This document shows, one piece after another, positions 48,631 through 60,894 of a stretch of DNA of 64,000 bases. The notes under the pieces are model-generated. The model saw only the letters and a program-made list of their open reading frames with translations. It searched no databases and was not told where the DNA came from. The position numbers were made by a program, and so were the translations under genes. This DNA comes from Zygnema circumcarinatum SAG 698-1b (taxonomy: Eukaryota > Plantae > Zygnematophyceae): NCBI GenBank assembly GCA_037447605.1, contig CM074815.1:1054001-1118000 (forward strand). The letters are read 5' to 3'. Each line of letters opens with the position of its first letter. Within the stretch, counting starts at the first letter, position 1.

Positions 48631-49505
48631 ACACCTTTTACTCTTTTCTTTCATTTTTGGAAATGGTCAAACATCGACATCGATGGTGTGACCAATAATG
48701 TTGACATGAAGTGGAAACTTTCATTGAACTCGCGATGGCGAGGCCATCAAATGTACACATGGACATGAACAATGTTGACATTGTTCTTGAGGTGTTCTTG
48801 GCTGACGTCACAAGGTGACGCCTTGGCGGACTGCTTGTCTCGGCAAGCCGGTCCGGAACAGCAATTGCCAATGGTTGGAACCATCGCCGCCCGACCGACA
48901 CAACCATTGCCTACGGTTGCAACCATTGGCAATGGTTTTCAATGTTGCCAACCATTGCCGCCCGCCGGCCCTTGAATTCCAATATTGCCAACCATTGGCA
49001 ATAGTTGTTTAGGGCTGGCGGCAATGGTTGGCAACGTTGAAAACCATTGCCCATCGTTGCAACCACTGCATTCCAAGGTCGCCAACCATTGCGACGGTAC
49101 AAAACAAGACAACGATTGCCAATGGTTCCAACCGTACCATTGCCTGCGGTACGGTTGCAACCATTGGCTATGGTTTTCAATTGGCAACCATTGCCGCCGG
49201 CCCTTCAATTCAAAGGTTGCCAACCATTGGCGATCGTTGTTTAGGGCCGGCGGCAATGGTTGCCAATTGAAAACCATTGCCAATGGTTGCAGAATCTCTA
49301 GGCGTGAAATATCGCGGGTGGGCGTGCGCTGATTGGCTCTTTCCGGGCGGACCTTGACCCGCCGCGACTGCGGCCGCCCTGCGCCGACTTTGCGGGCAGA
49401 ACGAAAAACTGCTTCAGGACAATTCCCCCCTCGCGGGCCGTTCCACGACGACGCCGGTAAGGGCTACGGCCACTCACGCGCCGCCACGCCATCTGATCGG
49501 GCAGA
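48586..49505 (+). repeat. ~0.92-kb tandem unit (5S 3' part, spacer, palindromic array, GC-rich module) duplicating about 47632-48575
   Basis: Near-identical sequence on both sides of the gap at 48576-48585. Confidence 0.85.
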
Positions 49506-50107
49506 AAAACAATATTGTTTTGTAACCTTGAAATAATTTACGGCGCTGGGGCAGCAGCACAAATGTTTGGGCGCGTTCTCCGGCCGCCACGTCCACCGGG
49601 GAGTGACTCGGCGCGGTCGTCGCGCGAGGTTCCGCCACGTGGCGCCGGTCCTTGCAACGTTGCCCGCCACATCTTGAAGCCAACGCCGGGGGTGAAAGGG
49701 ACGCAGGGAGGGAGGGAGGGGGTAGGGGCAGAGAGAGGGAGGGATAAATAGTGGGGAGAGAGAGTGAAAAAGGAGGGAGTGAGAGAGAAAGAACTTTAGG
49801 GAGGAGAGAGGGTGATAGAGCGATAAAGAGAGAGAGACAGAGAGAGAGGGGGGGAGCGAGAGAGGGTAACAGTGAGAAAGAGGGAGAGATAAAGGGGGAG
49901 AGATAGTGAGGGAGAGAGATAAAGAGAGAGAGAGAGAGCGAGAGAGAGGGTAGGAGAGGGTAGGAGAGAGAGAAAGAGAGAGAAGGCGCCGTTGAAGAGA
50001 CCTCGACAGCCTCACCAGCGTCGTCGTCGTCTGAAGAAGTGGAGGGCGTAGCCATAGCTTCCTCCTCTCCAGTCCCCGCCGACCGCCCACCAGGACGACC
50101 CGCCAGA

Positions 50108-52609
50108 ATGGAGCCTGCAGCGGTGGCTGTGAAGGAGGCGGACAATCTCGCTCTAGAAGCGGCGGAGGCGGCAGCGCGCGGGCGTGGAGAGACGCTTTCT
50201 GCGGAGGCCCTCGCGGCGTACGACTACAACGTGCCGAGGTCGCTCGTGGGCGCCATCGCCCGCTTCGCGAAGGAGCCCAGCGTCGCCATAATCCTCGCAG
50301 GAATCGTCGCCACTGTTGCGCTTCGCGTGGACCATCCATGGGGGCCGGCAGACGCTCTGGGTGAGGATGCAAGGTCTTAAAGTTCATTTCTGGCACTCCC
50401 TTAGACGTGAAATAGGGGCTTAAAGTCTTCGAAAATGGAGGATGGTTTTTTTTTTTTTTCTCAAATAAAACAAGTGAGGATTGTCGGATTTTTTTAAAGC
50501 AGCTCGGCTCCTTTAAATCTGAATGGATTAGGTTTGCGTAAGCCGCGAGGATCCTGCGTTGTGCTTTCTGAAAGCCTCCTTGTTGTGCTGTTTAACCCGA
50601 AAGAAAAAAGTGAAAATGATGTGGCATTGATTTCACGATGGCTAGGGCAATTAATGTACATGGAAAAAATTATCATGGGGAAACACCAGGAGGAGTGGTC
50701 ACAAAGGATCTAATGACAATAGAAAAAAGCTTTAACAAAGAGTGAAAGAAATATACAACCTTTTCTTTGCAGGATAGGTTTTTCCTGTATAGGCTTTCTT
50801 TCATGGTTAGGCGTGCACCGTGTGCTCATTTCGTGGATGAAAAATGAGCGAGGAAGCGGCTTAGTATCATAACCAGAATTCTGCTTATCATCAGAATGCT
50901 GCTTGTTATCTGGATGTGTGTGGCCATTGAAAATGTAATTTTAGAGCCTCTCTCTGCTGGTGAGGTGGTGCAGCAATCCCTGTTGTGGCGGTCTTTTGGC
51001 TTCTTCAAGAATGGTTTCTGCATTCGAAGCTACTTCACAATGAAAGCAATTGGTGAGCACTTTCGTGACTTTTTGTCAATGTCTGTTTCGTTGAACGTTA
51101 TAAAAAGTTTCTGGAATTGCACTGCTGATGACGGCACAGCCAGCAATTGGCAGCCGCTTCTCTGTACATTTCTGCAGCTCAGAGAAACTGGAATCTTAGG
51201 AAGCACTGCTCTTCATAAGTGGTCTTGTCAAGTATTAAGGACGATGCTTTTTCTGCGACCTATTTGTTTAGCTGTCACGGAAAAAACTGTTTCACTACAC
51301 GCTTGACAAAAGCAAAGGGAGAGAGAGAGAGAGAGAGAGATAGAGAACGAGAGAAGCTGGCGTGATACGCTTGACAGGATTTGGCTGGCTCTTTCTGTAA
51401 TGCTTTATAACTTCTTGTCTTTCAATATTTGAGTGCAGGTATGGGCGGCGAATTCACGAGAGGCATCACTTAGTGCCGTTCTACCACATATCAGTTGACA
51501 GCACCAATGTGGTTCTTCCGACTATGATTGTCGCCGCCTGTTTCTGGCATCTCGTTTTTAAGGTAAGTAGTGAACTTAATGATTCTGACTCTTTTGAAAC
51601 GCTCTGCTCGTGCTTTGGTAGCTTTAGGGCTGTTGAACCGTGGACCATTAATTCCACTCGGTTTCTGTGTCTCTCCTCAAACCGCCTTTAGGTGCAGAGA
51701 TTTTTTTCTGTTTGATTTTCCAGACTTCAAATGGTCAAGACAGGAACATGTATACACGTCGAAGCACAGTGCAGAGGGAGCATTTGCTTGAGGATGTGCA
51801 ACGCACTTTTTTACTAGAGAGAATTTCAAGCATGCCCAAATTGAAGACCTTTATGATGTTGCAATCAATGAAATATCTGTCATTTATGTTTTGCAGGGCT
51901 GTCCAGGACTCGCCCTAACGGCGACTCTGACCTATTATATAATGGGTCTCATTTATGAATGGACGCACTTCTTGTATGTTCCTCCTCCTACTCCCACTCT
52001 CCTGTGTTGGGTTGTACATATGCATGCATTGTTTTCTCTTAATCACAAAGGCCCTTGCTATTCTCTGCTGCCATTATTCATTCGAAATGTTTGTTGAGTG
52101 TAGATTGATGCACGACCTTTTGTTAAGTCGGTGAGACACTTGGAAGGTCCTGGTTGAGCATAGTATTGGCAAATCCCCAAGTCAAAATGACAGAAGCAGC
52201 TTGGGCATTCTGTATTTGGCGATCCAGTTTCGGCTTGGTGATTACTGTTAATTTAATTCTGTATGGTTGTCTCGAACGAATGCTGGAAGTTTTTCCGTTT
52301 TCAGACGATTGTCAGTAATTTCCACTGCTAAAGTTTCACATTCTCCGCCCCCGCCCCCCCCCCTTGTGCAGGGTGCATACACGTGTCCCAATGCGGAGCT
52401 GGCTGGCGCGAACCATCAAGAGGGCGCATGTCCGCCACCATTTACGTGACGAGCGGTTCTGGTTCAGCTTCACCTGCCCTCCCATAGACAATCTGTTCGG
52501 AACGGTGCCACCACAGGCAGTGGGAAGGCCTCAAATCGCAGATAAGGGGAAGGCTGCTGTTGCCTCAGGCCTAAAGGAGTTATCAAAGCATACCGTCGGG
52601 TGCAAGTGA
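50108..52609 (+). CDS. Fatty acid hydroxylase / sterol desaturase superfamily membrane protein, at least 5 exons (N-terminus may extend upstream)
   Basis: Spliced His boxes QEWFLHSKLLH, IHERHH, YEWTHFL-VH and HVRHH, plus FWFSFTCPPIDNLFGT. The frame is open upstream of the ATG at 50108. Confidence 0.85.
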
Positions 52610-54263
52610 GTGACTCGGCACCATTCAGGTGACAGCTGTACAGAGGTTTAGAACAGACGCACATGCAGGAAATTTCCTGCTCCATATACACTCGAGACCT
52701 GGTTGTTTAGTCTGGTATGCATTTCTCCATGTAGTTTCATTCTTGTACTATTGGGGAGGAGGATGGGTATTACTGGTCTGCTTCTAGTTCTTAATTTCAC
52801 CCCCACACTTTAGCCCTTCAATTCGTTGGAGTGAAGACTGTACGTTTCATTTCATAGGGCCTCCAATTATGGCTAAACCTAGGATTTGGGCTAAAGGACA
52901 TTTCCTCGTGGTCTGTGGTTATGTGAAGATGGTAGTAGGACGCATGATAAGATTAGATCAAAATAAAACTTTCTGTTTGTAGTACGAAGCTCCGTTATAT
53001 GACGTAGTCAATTACTACTACATTTAAGATATGCCTATTCACACATTTGAGAAGGAAGGTGCAGTGGTTCCTGTTCTGCACAGCATCGCTCTATGCGACG
53101 AATTCTTTTGCAACTGATCAGATGGAGTGGTCTTGAAACTTCTGTTGACGCTCACTAAAAATGCATACCCCACGATGTGACAAAGACAGATTGCCATACC
53201 TCGCAGTCAAGCCGTTTTAGACAAATTAAAAAAGGCCATAAAATTCAACCGTCTAAAGACATATTTTCACAGCTATTTGAGCGGGCGTAACGTTTACCAA
53301 CACTTTATGAAGTCATCATCACACTTGCGGATAATTGAAGATCAGCATGTCTGTATCCAAATAGGAAAAACGTGGTACATATAGCAAAATAGGCAATACA
53401 AACTAGCTACAATTTGCCACATGCCACACAGCACCAAGCCCATATATGCACACAGCCTTTTTCTCTCGCATAGTTTAACATTCGCTTTTTGTAGTTCTAC
53501 TGAATGCTACCCCCTCCCCCTACCCCCCAAATGACGCAATTTTATTCGCATGGACAGGCCCTTGAAAGTTCTCTTCAGGTCAATTCTCACATGCAAACGA
53601 GTAATTTCGGAGGTTGAAAAACTTGGGCACCCGAGTTTCAGAGTCTGAGAGACCTACAGCCTGGGTTTCGACACCAGAGTTGCAAGCAATTAAAATAAGT
53701 TATGAAAAAACATGAAAACTAAAACGAAGGAAAGGTTCACCACCTCTCCGTACTACTGTAGCATGCAGACACATTGCCACATTGCCTCAAAAGCTCAAAG
53801 ACGAACGCAATACCGAGAAAGGAGAGAGTACAACGCAAGCCGAGCAACTGAAACTGTGTCTGACAAAGAGAACAATTTCAAAGATGGCTAACTTTCCAGC
53901 TTGCACGCAACCAACCGCCTAAGCTTGGCTTCAATGCTTCAACTACTCAGGAATCGACAGAAGTCCTCCGTCCACATTTGCGACAGTGACAGTGACTGAC
54001 AAACAAAAAGAAGAACGCCTCTTCCCTCCCACTGCCCTCACAGACCTCCCAATGGAACCCCAAAGCCCAGTTCCAGGTCCACTCCGAGCCCACTCCCAAG
54101 GAAGACCACGTCTCCGGGTACAGAGTGTGCACTCGCTTCACTTAGAGCCTTCTTATGAGTCCCCTCCTTTCATGCCCTTTGCATCACGAAGGTGCTTCTT
54201 GAGTGGTCACTGTACAAAAGAAGGCACTGGAAAGGACGAGAACGTATCTCTTAAGACCTTCAC

Positions 54264-57200
54264 TCAGCTATCGTACTCCTGCACAAAGAGGGAGGCGTGG
54301 GGGTGCAGGCCGGCCTCTCTGAGGGAGGTCCCCCTCGTCTCGGGACCATATACAGTGCGAGGAAAGTTAGTCACTAGAGAGTAGTTGGAAGTGCGGAGGA
54401 GGCCCAAGGAGTCCACGTAGTCATAGACGAGCTCCACCACATCAGTGCTGTGGAAACGTCTCTCCTTGCGTTCACCGCCAGGTAGACGAATCACAACCTG
54501 CGTTCCAGAAGCTGTGTGAGCTCCTTTCCCGCATAATACATACTGAAAACTTTCACCATTACATAGTGATGGGCCTTAGTGATGGGCTTCTACATGTCAT
54601 ACAGCACATGCACTCAGTCTGTGATCTCTCACTTGTGTGACATCTGGGCCCTTCTCCGGCTCGACTCCGAGTTTGGCAGCTTTCTCCACTCTGCGCTGCT
54701 GCAAAGCCGCCTCCTGCTCCGCGGCTTTCTGTGCAACCGCCTGCTTGGAGGCCTCCTCCTCCTGCTTCCTGCGCTCTGCCTCCTCCGCTTCTCTCTGCTG
54801 CCTTTCAGCTTCCTGCTGCCGCTTGCGCTCTCGTTCCTGACAGCCAATTCATTTACAGCAGACCTGGGTTCAATAAATGACAGAGCTACGCATGTCTTAA
54901 AAAAACACCTGTTTAAGCCAAGTCCGGGTACTACCTTGGTTCAAGTTACAAGGAAGACCGACTCCCCCAAAACTAGAGACAGACAGGCAGCCATACCAGA
55001 TAGCTTTATACAAATTCCTAAACTGGGATACGGGAGCACTTCCTTTGATATGAGACTAATCGGCTAAATGGCTAATAGGCCAGACCTGTAAAAGCAACGG
55101 CACTATGTTTCTAGGCTTTTATTCTTGGGTAGTTTCTTTCAGCCCATATGCTCGAACTGTCACTGCACTTACTTCCATATCTTAACCTCCGAAGCAATCC
55201 AATTCACGACGGTACTCGCGCCGATCCATAGCGACTATAGACACCTTAGCAAGAAGCGTGCAAAGCCATTTTCTAGCTCTTGGGATTGTGTTCAAAGGTG
55301 TGTGATATTGAGAGGTGATTCCTGGCTTGCCCCGAGCTCGGCCGAAACATGCCCTTGAACTGACACTTTCTCTCAGTGAGCTGACGAGCTGCTCCAGCCC
55401 GCAAACTGGATTGGAAGCTGACTTCTTTCAGCAGCTGCATCCCATATGGGAAAAATCCCAGAGCCAGGAAACTAAGCAATAACAGCAAGACTGCCTCAAT
55501 CGTAGTTTCGAAGTCCTTGAACCAACTTTGTCTTTTTGACCCAGACCATCCTCAGCATGAATTCTCTCACGTTTTTACAGCTGGGTTAAGAGTCTTGAGA
55601 AACTTTTGACTAAACTGCAAAAATCAAACCGACGATCAGAATTCCTAATCCTTGCAAACTTCAACCCACCTGATCAGCCAGAAGAGCTTCTTGGTATGCT
55701 GCATCCTGCTCCTCCCGCAAGCGCCGACTGACCAGAAGCTCCTCTGCCTCCAAACGAGCAGCCACCAACATAGCTCCCTGCTCGTCCAGTACTTTCTGGA
55801 GCTGGTTGATCAGGAAATCTGGCGATACAGGGCCCTCCATCTGAGAAGCCATGCATGGGAGAAAGCCAGCCTGTCAGTAACTCACAATGAAGTATCGCTC
55901 ATTCACATTGTCAACTCACTGCCCTTAATAAAAAGTAAAGCAAAGAATCACAACAAACTTTCAGCAACTAGGTGCCCAAAGTGTTCATCCACTTTGGCGT
56001 CAAAGACAAACTCTTTCTGACAAGAAATCGGAAAATATGCAAATTAGTGCAAAAAGCTCTCGCCCTCTCTCACAAACACAGACATATTTATGTATGTGTT
56101 TTGTGTGTGCGTATAACTTGAATACGAAACGCTTGACAAATCAACAACCTGAAGAGTGTTAAGCATTAGGGCGCAACCAGGAAGCACCATGTCCTACAAA
56201 AAAAGAGAAATGGAGACCTGATGGACAACAAACCAGCTCTTTTCAGGAGATTAATTTTCAGTGAGTACTGAGGCCACAGACCTAGGGCTCATCCACCAAC
56301 GGAAGAGAAAATTAGTATGGCCAAAACTGCATTGTTTGCACAGGTTTGACAATTGTGAAATCAACCTTACTAAGCCATATGGTAGGGATTTCGAGACGAC
56401 CTTCTAAATAGTAATGTAGCTTTAACAGTGAAGAAAGGAAACCATCGGCCATCATAGCAAGCAGATTCGTTGTTAAATTTCAAGCTTACAGTATATGTTT
56501 CATTTTTTTCCAAACCAACTATGTAGAGCACCAATTATAGTACCTGTTGCAGTAGAGCCACACGCTGATTACTCGAGCCAGTTACCACAGCACAAAAGGG
56601 ATAAGTCGGAGCTTTCAAGCTGTTGCTCATTTGATAACCTTCGGCACTCCGGATATCGCCTCCCCATGACAAAAAGTTCGCATTAATGAACTGAGTCACA
56701 GTCTCGGAGCAGAGAGTATTTCGGCAAAATGCAGGAGTGTTCACGTGCTCAGGGGAATGCAAATAAACGAACAGAAATTTAAACTGCTCGCTTGCACTTC
56801 TTACAGCTTCAAGAAAAGTTAAGTTAACAAAGTCTGGATGCGTTTCACCATATTCCACTTCAAACCTCTGAAGAAACAAACCGGAGTCAGATCTGGCCTG
56901 CGGAAGCCTGCCATAAGGCTGTGTCCCTCCTGCCAAATAAGTTGCAACCGAGCCAGCCGTCGTCAAAGACTTCGACAAAACACCCGCCACTACCCACAGC
57001 CCCAAGCTTAACACTCCTCTCAAAATCTTGAAACTTCTGGAAAGCATCCAGAACGGTAGGCCGATGATCCTCCAAAGAAGACTTGGCTGGCTGAAAGGTA
57101 GAGTAGAGACTCTGCTTGGAACTGCCTGTGCAGATTCCTGTGGGTATGAAGCAGTTGCAGGGCCTCGACTTGCTCCATTAACATCTGTCCATTGCGTTCC

Positions 57201-57416
57201 ATTGGAGGATGAAGCTCCGTTTCTAGACCTAAGCAGAGCTCCACCATATGAAGTTCCCGCACCATTCTCTTCCCTTTCTCCTGCTGTTGCTGCCAAAATT
57301 GTTCCTACAGCTGCGTCAAGATCCCAGTCATGCGCTTCCAATATTGTAACGCACTGCTGCGAATCCGCCATGCCTGTAACATCTTGAAAGTACTTCACCT
57401 TCTCCGAGGCATCCAT
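54264..57416 (-). CDS. Plant UBX-domain protein, PUX10/FAF2-like (UBA-like, hydrophobic hairpin, UAS, coiled coil, UBX)
   Basis: FQDVTG...ILEAHDWDLDAAV; YGETHPDF...FLFVYLHSPEH...FINANFLSWGGDI; LREEQDAAYQEALLADQ; IRLPGGERKERRF...YSLVTNFPRTVYG...SLREAGLHPHASLFV. Confidence 0.9.
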
Positions 57417-58022
57417 ATTAACCCGCTTCTCCGCTTCTCTCCGCTTCTGCACTACCTCTCACCCCTCCTCTCAAACCCTAGTTCCACCGCTCCACCTCTC
57501 CACCTTCACCTAACTCCCTCCCTCCACCTCAATTTCAAAACCTCTCGAGCACCCTGCCGCTGCCTGCAGCTCCTGCCCTTCCTCTCCCTTCTCCCCTCCT
57601 CCTCTTCCCCCCTCTGCCAGGCCCCACTGCACCCTCTCCCTCTCCCTCTACCTCTCCCTCTCCCTCTCCCTCTCCCTCTCCCTCTCCCTCTCCCCCCCTC
57701 CCGCTTCGCGTCCTGCAGAGCAACAAAGCTCCCTGGGAGACGACAAGTGGCGCGTTTGGCGAGTTCGGAGAAGGAGAGAGCGACGTGGCAGGTGCGCTGG
57801 AACGTCGCTGCCGTCCCGCGGAACTGGAGTCGCCGCGTCCTTTAACGGCGGCCGTTCGGCGGGACGGCGGAGAGGTGCCGCCGGGCGGTCCGTGGAAGGG
57901 CGCGTTGATGCGCCGAGGGAGGGAGGGAGGGGAAGGGGAATCTGCCCCCCTCCTCTGTCTGCCCTCCCTCTGCTGCTGCAGGGCGGGCAGGGAGGAGGGG
58001 GGGGGGGGGGGGNNNNNNNNNN

Positions 58023-58064
<42 letters not shown>

Positions 58065-58739
58065 CTGCTCCATGGCCCGCCGGCGTGCTGCTCACTTCAG
58101 AGAAAGCATGGGGAAGTAGGAAAGTCCAAGGGCCGTGCATTCAGGGGGGCTTCTTCTGTGGATTGAAGGTACCTTCAGAAACCAAGTTTGGGCTAGGGAA
58201 GCACTTTTTTGCAACGTGTACTTGTGCCTGACAATGGCACATTGGTTGGAGTACGAACTCATATTTTTTCACAATGGAGCGCTATGTTTTTGCGCAATCT
58301 CTATTGTTGCGGGAACGCACAAGCCAGTGCACACTGCGGATTGCTTCCCCCATCGAGTACATATGAGCGCCAAAGTACTGCTACTATTTTAAATACGGAG
58401 ATCCTCGCAATAGTCAAATAGGTCTATGCAGCTTGCTGTTTACAGGGGCCTTCTAAAGAAACAGTTTCTTGTCCTAATGGAGGCCTTCTACACAGCATTA
58501 GCGCCAAAGTGTTTGAAATGCTTCAATTGACTTCACGCCTAGATGCCTCTGAAAGCGAAGGTGCTCCTTCACTGAATCAAGGTTATGAGCCCATTATCTT
58601 GGAACTGCTAAACAAGTGTTTTTGAGGTTTTTGTCCGCTGAAAGCGCCTCAGCAACTGCCAATTTACACAAATTACAGACAGAAGTGCACCAAAGTAAGC
58701 TGCAGGTTGACTTCTTACTCCACGGGCCTCAATTGGGCG

Positions 58740-60254
58740 TCAGAATAAGGCTGTGAACCATGCTCCCATGAGAGCCATACCGCCAAAAGGCGCCCCCCAT
58801 CCAAGCCGTCGGTCTTCATAAAAAGCAGCCAGGTAGCAGCTGCAGATAATCACTCGCCTTCAATTAGGAAAATGCAGTTTCTACATAAGGGATGACTTCA
58901 GACTTGTAAATGTATAAACATTGACTGCAATGTCGCCAAATAGCTGCATGGTAAGGACACATCAGAATGCACTGCTCACCTTCCTGAGAAGCTGATAATG
59001 CCAAACGTCATCAATCCGCCAAACTGTTTCAGAGGCTCCGACAAATCAGCCATCAGCGAGGACCCTGAGGTTCAAATAGCTTGCAAGAGACAATTCTGAC
59101 ACGATCTTCTTGGATATAAGTTGTTAAAAAGCAAGCAGAGTGAGTCAGCAGACACAAAAACAGGCTGCAAAAACCTTTAAAGTCCGTATCCTGCCCTCTT
59201 ATTCAGTAATTGCAGTCCCGTCCAAATGCATTTGTTTATAAGTTACTTGAAGAAAGGGAGTGGGAATTGAAAACGAGAAAAGCTAGGAAGTGAGATGTCG
59301 GAGGTTCACATTGCATACTCGGCACATACTCGGCACATTGACATACTTGACTTGACGGTCACAGTGTCTGCAATGTGCTTTCAACCACAGGTGAGAAGAT
59401 AGTGGAGCACTGAAAACGTACAACATGCGGCCTGGCCGTGAGGGGAGTTGCAAGGAGTGCTGCTGAATGCACTAAGTGGTAGAGGTTTGCAGTGCGCCAG
59501 ACCTGCACTATGGCCAAAACAAATAGTGATGACTACGTTCGTCACCGGAGTCGGAGGCCTCCCTGTCTCTACTGAAACATGTAACTCTGCATAGTACATG
59601 AAACCTTATGCTTACAGGACCATTGCAAGCAGCGAAACATTCCAAAACGTTCGTGCTTCATAACACTCGGCCATATAACTCTCCGCACCTCCTTGTATGC
59701 CTCATTTGTCGGCTTAAGCATGTGTGCTCCATATGCTCCCAGAGCCACAGCAGTAATACCTGAAGGCCCAAACCCGGCCTGACAGACCAATGCGATAAGT
59801 CCGATTAAGGGCAAACCTGCTTGCCTACACCGTAAAGACATTTATTTCTATCTTTTGACAAAGTATTGTTTGGGCTGAGCCTACGTCTCTGTCTTTCCAA
59901 TCGCCAAATTTCTCATTCTGGTGAACTCGTGAGACTGTAAGGAAACTCATTGTGCGCAATGGCAGAGCTTGATGCAGCTCCTGAAGCCTGACAGGACAAA
60001 GTAAAAGGGAAAAAGGAGCTTTAATGTCGGCCACTACATTACAATTCCCTAAATTTGATTTTATTTTCGCTCCATCATAACCGCAGTCCCAGAGCTGGGC
60101 AAGGATGACTCAGCAAACAGGAGTGTGAAGCTGTCTCTGTGAAAAGAGACGCCAGAGAGCGAGCGAGTCAGAGAGAGGGAGAGAGAGCAAGAGAGAGAGG
60201 TAGCGAGAGTCTGCCTGAGACTGCAGCTGCGCGGCGCCAGACAGCCACCTCCAT
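58740..60254 (-). CDS. TMEM256: TMEM256 / DUF423 small membrane protein, 5 exons
   Basis: Spliced product MEVAVWRRAAAVSG-ITAVALGAYGAHMLKPTNEAYKE-VWRTANLYHLVHSAALLATPLTARPHV-FGGLMTFGIISFSGS-CYLAAFYEDRRLGWGAPFGGMALMGAWFTALF*. It is not visible in the ORF track because the exons are short. Confidence 0.88.
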
Positions 60255-60894
60255 GGCGGCTTCCGCGACGTGTCTAAGTCCCTGCCCAGCAAGCGCCCTC
60301 TCTCTCTCTTTCTCTTCCCGCTTCACAGCACTTCGGAAAGGAAACCAGCAGCCATGTCCTCCATATTGCCAACCCGTGCAGGATATACGGACTCCTGCCC
60401 GTGCAGGATATACCAACTCTTGCCCGTGCAGAATATGCCTGATTTTGATAGGCCTAACCGCGTTTCATGTAGAAATAACCGTCATGTTCCACACGTTTCG
60501 AAACAGAACAGCGTGCCACACATAGGCACGATACCGTATCGTCATCGATATACGGATACTGTATCGTATTTTGTAGTGTATCGCATCGTGAGGTCCTGTA
60601 CGGTGGCGTGCATTTTTAGGAATTTAGGAAGGAGAACTATATACCCCCCCCCCCCTTTTGGTTATCCCGCCCCTGTTTTTTTGAAACCCCACTCTCCCAT
60701 TTTGGCTATTCCGCCCCCTCCCATTTTGGGATATCCCGCCCCCTACTTTGGACATTCCCCCCTTGTTTTCTCCTTCTCACACATCAGCGCAACGTCCGTA
60801 AAGAGAGCAGAGCAGAGAAGAGAGGGAGAGAGAGAGAGAGAGATAGAGAGCGGTATATAGTTCTCCATTTAGGAAGGAGGCACCAAAAGGACAA

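Noticed and set aside
46480-49292. CRISPR-like appearance of the CAACCATTG arrays
   Set aside because: There are no constant-length repeats separated by unique spacers and no cas genes, and the context is eukaryotic. The structure is nested inverted repeats.
11924-57416. Two CDC48 cofactors (UFD2 and a PUX protein) in one window as a functional cluster
   Set aside because: They are 35 kb apart with unrelated genes between them; compatible with chance.
60253-60525. Plus-strand ORF MAASATCLSP... resembling a transit peptide
   Set aside because: It shares the palindromic CCATGG with the TMEM256 start on the opposite strand and runs into promoter repeats. No downstream domain.
60370-60750. Short degenerate tandem repeats (25-bp x ~2.5; CCCCTTTTGG.TATCCCGCCCCT x2) upstream of TMEM256
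   Set aside because: Small local duplications with no further structure or support for function.
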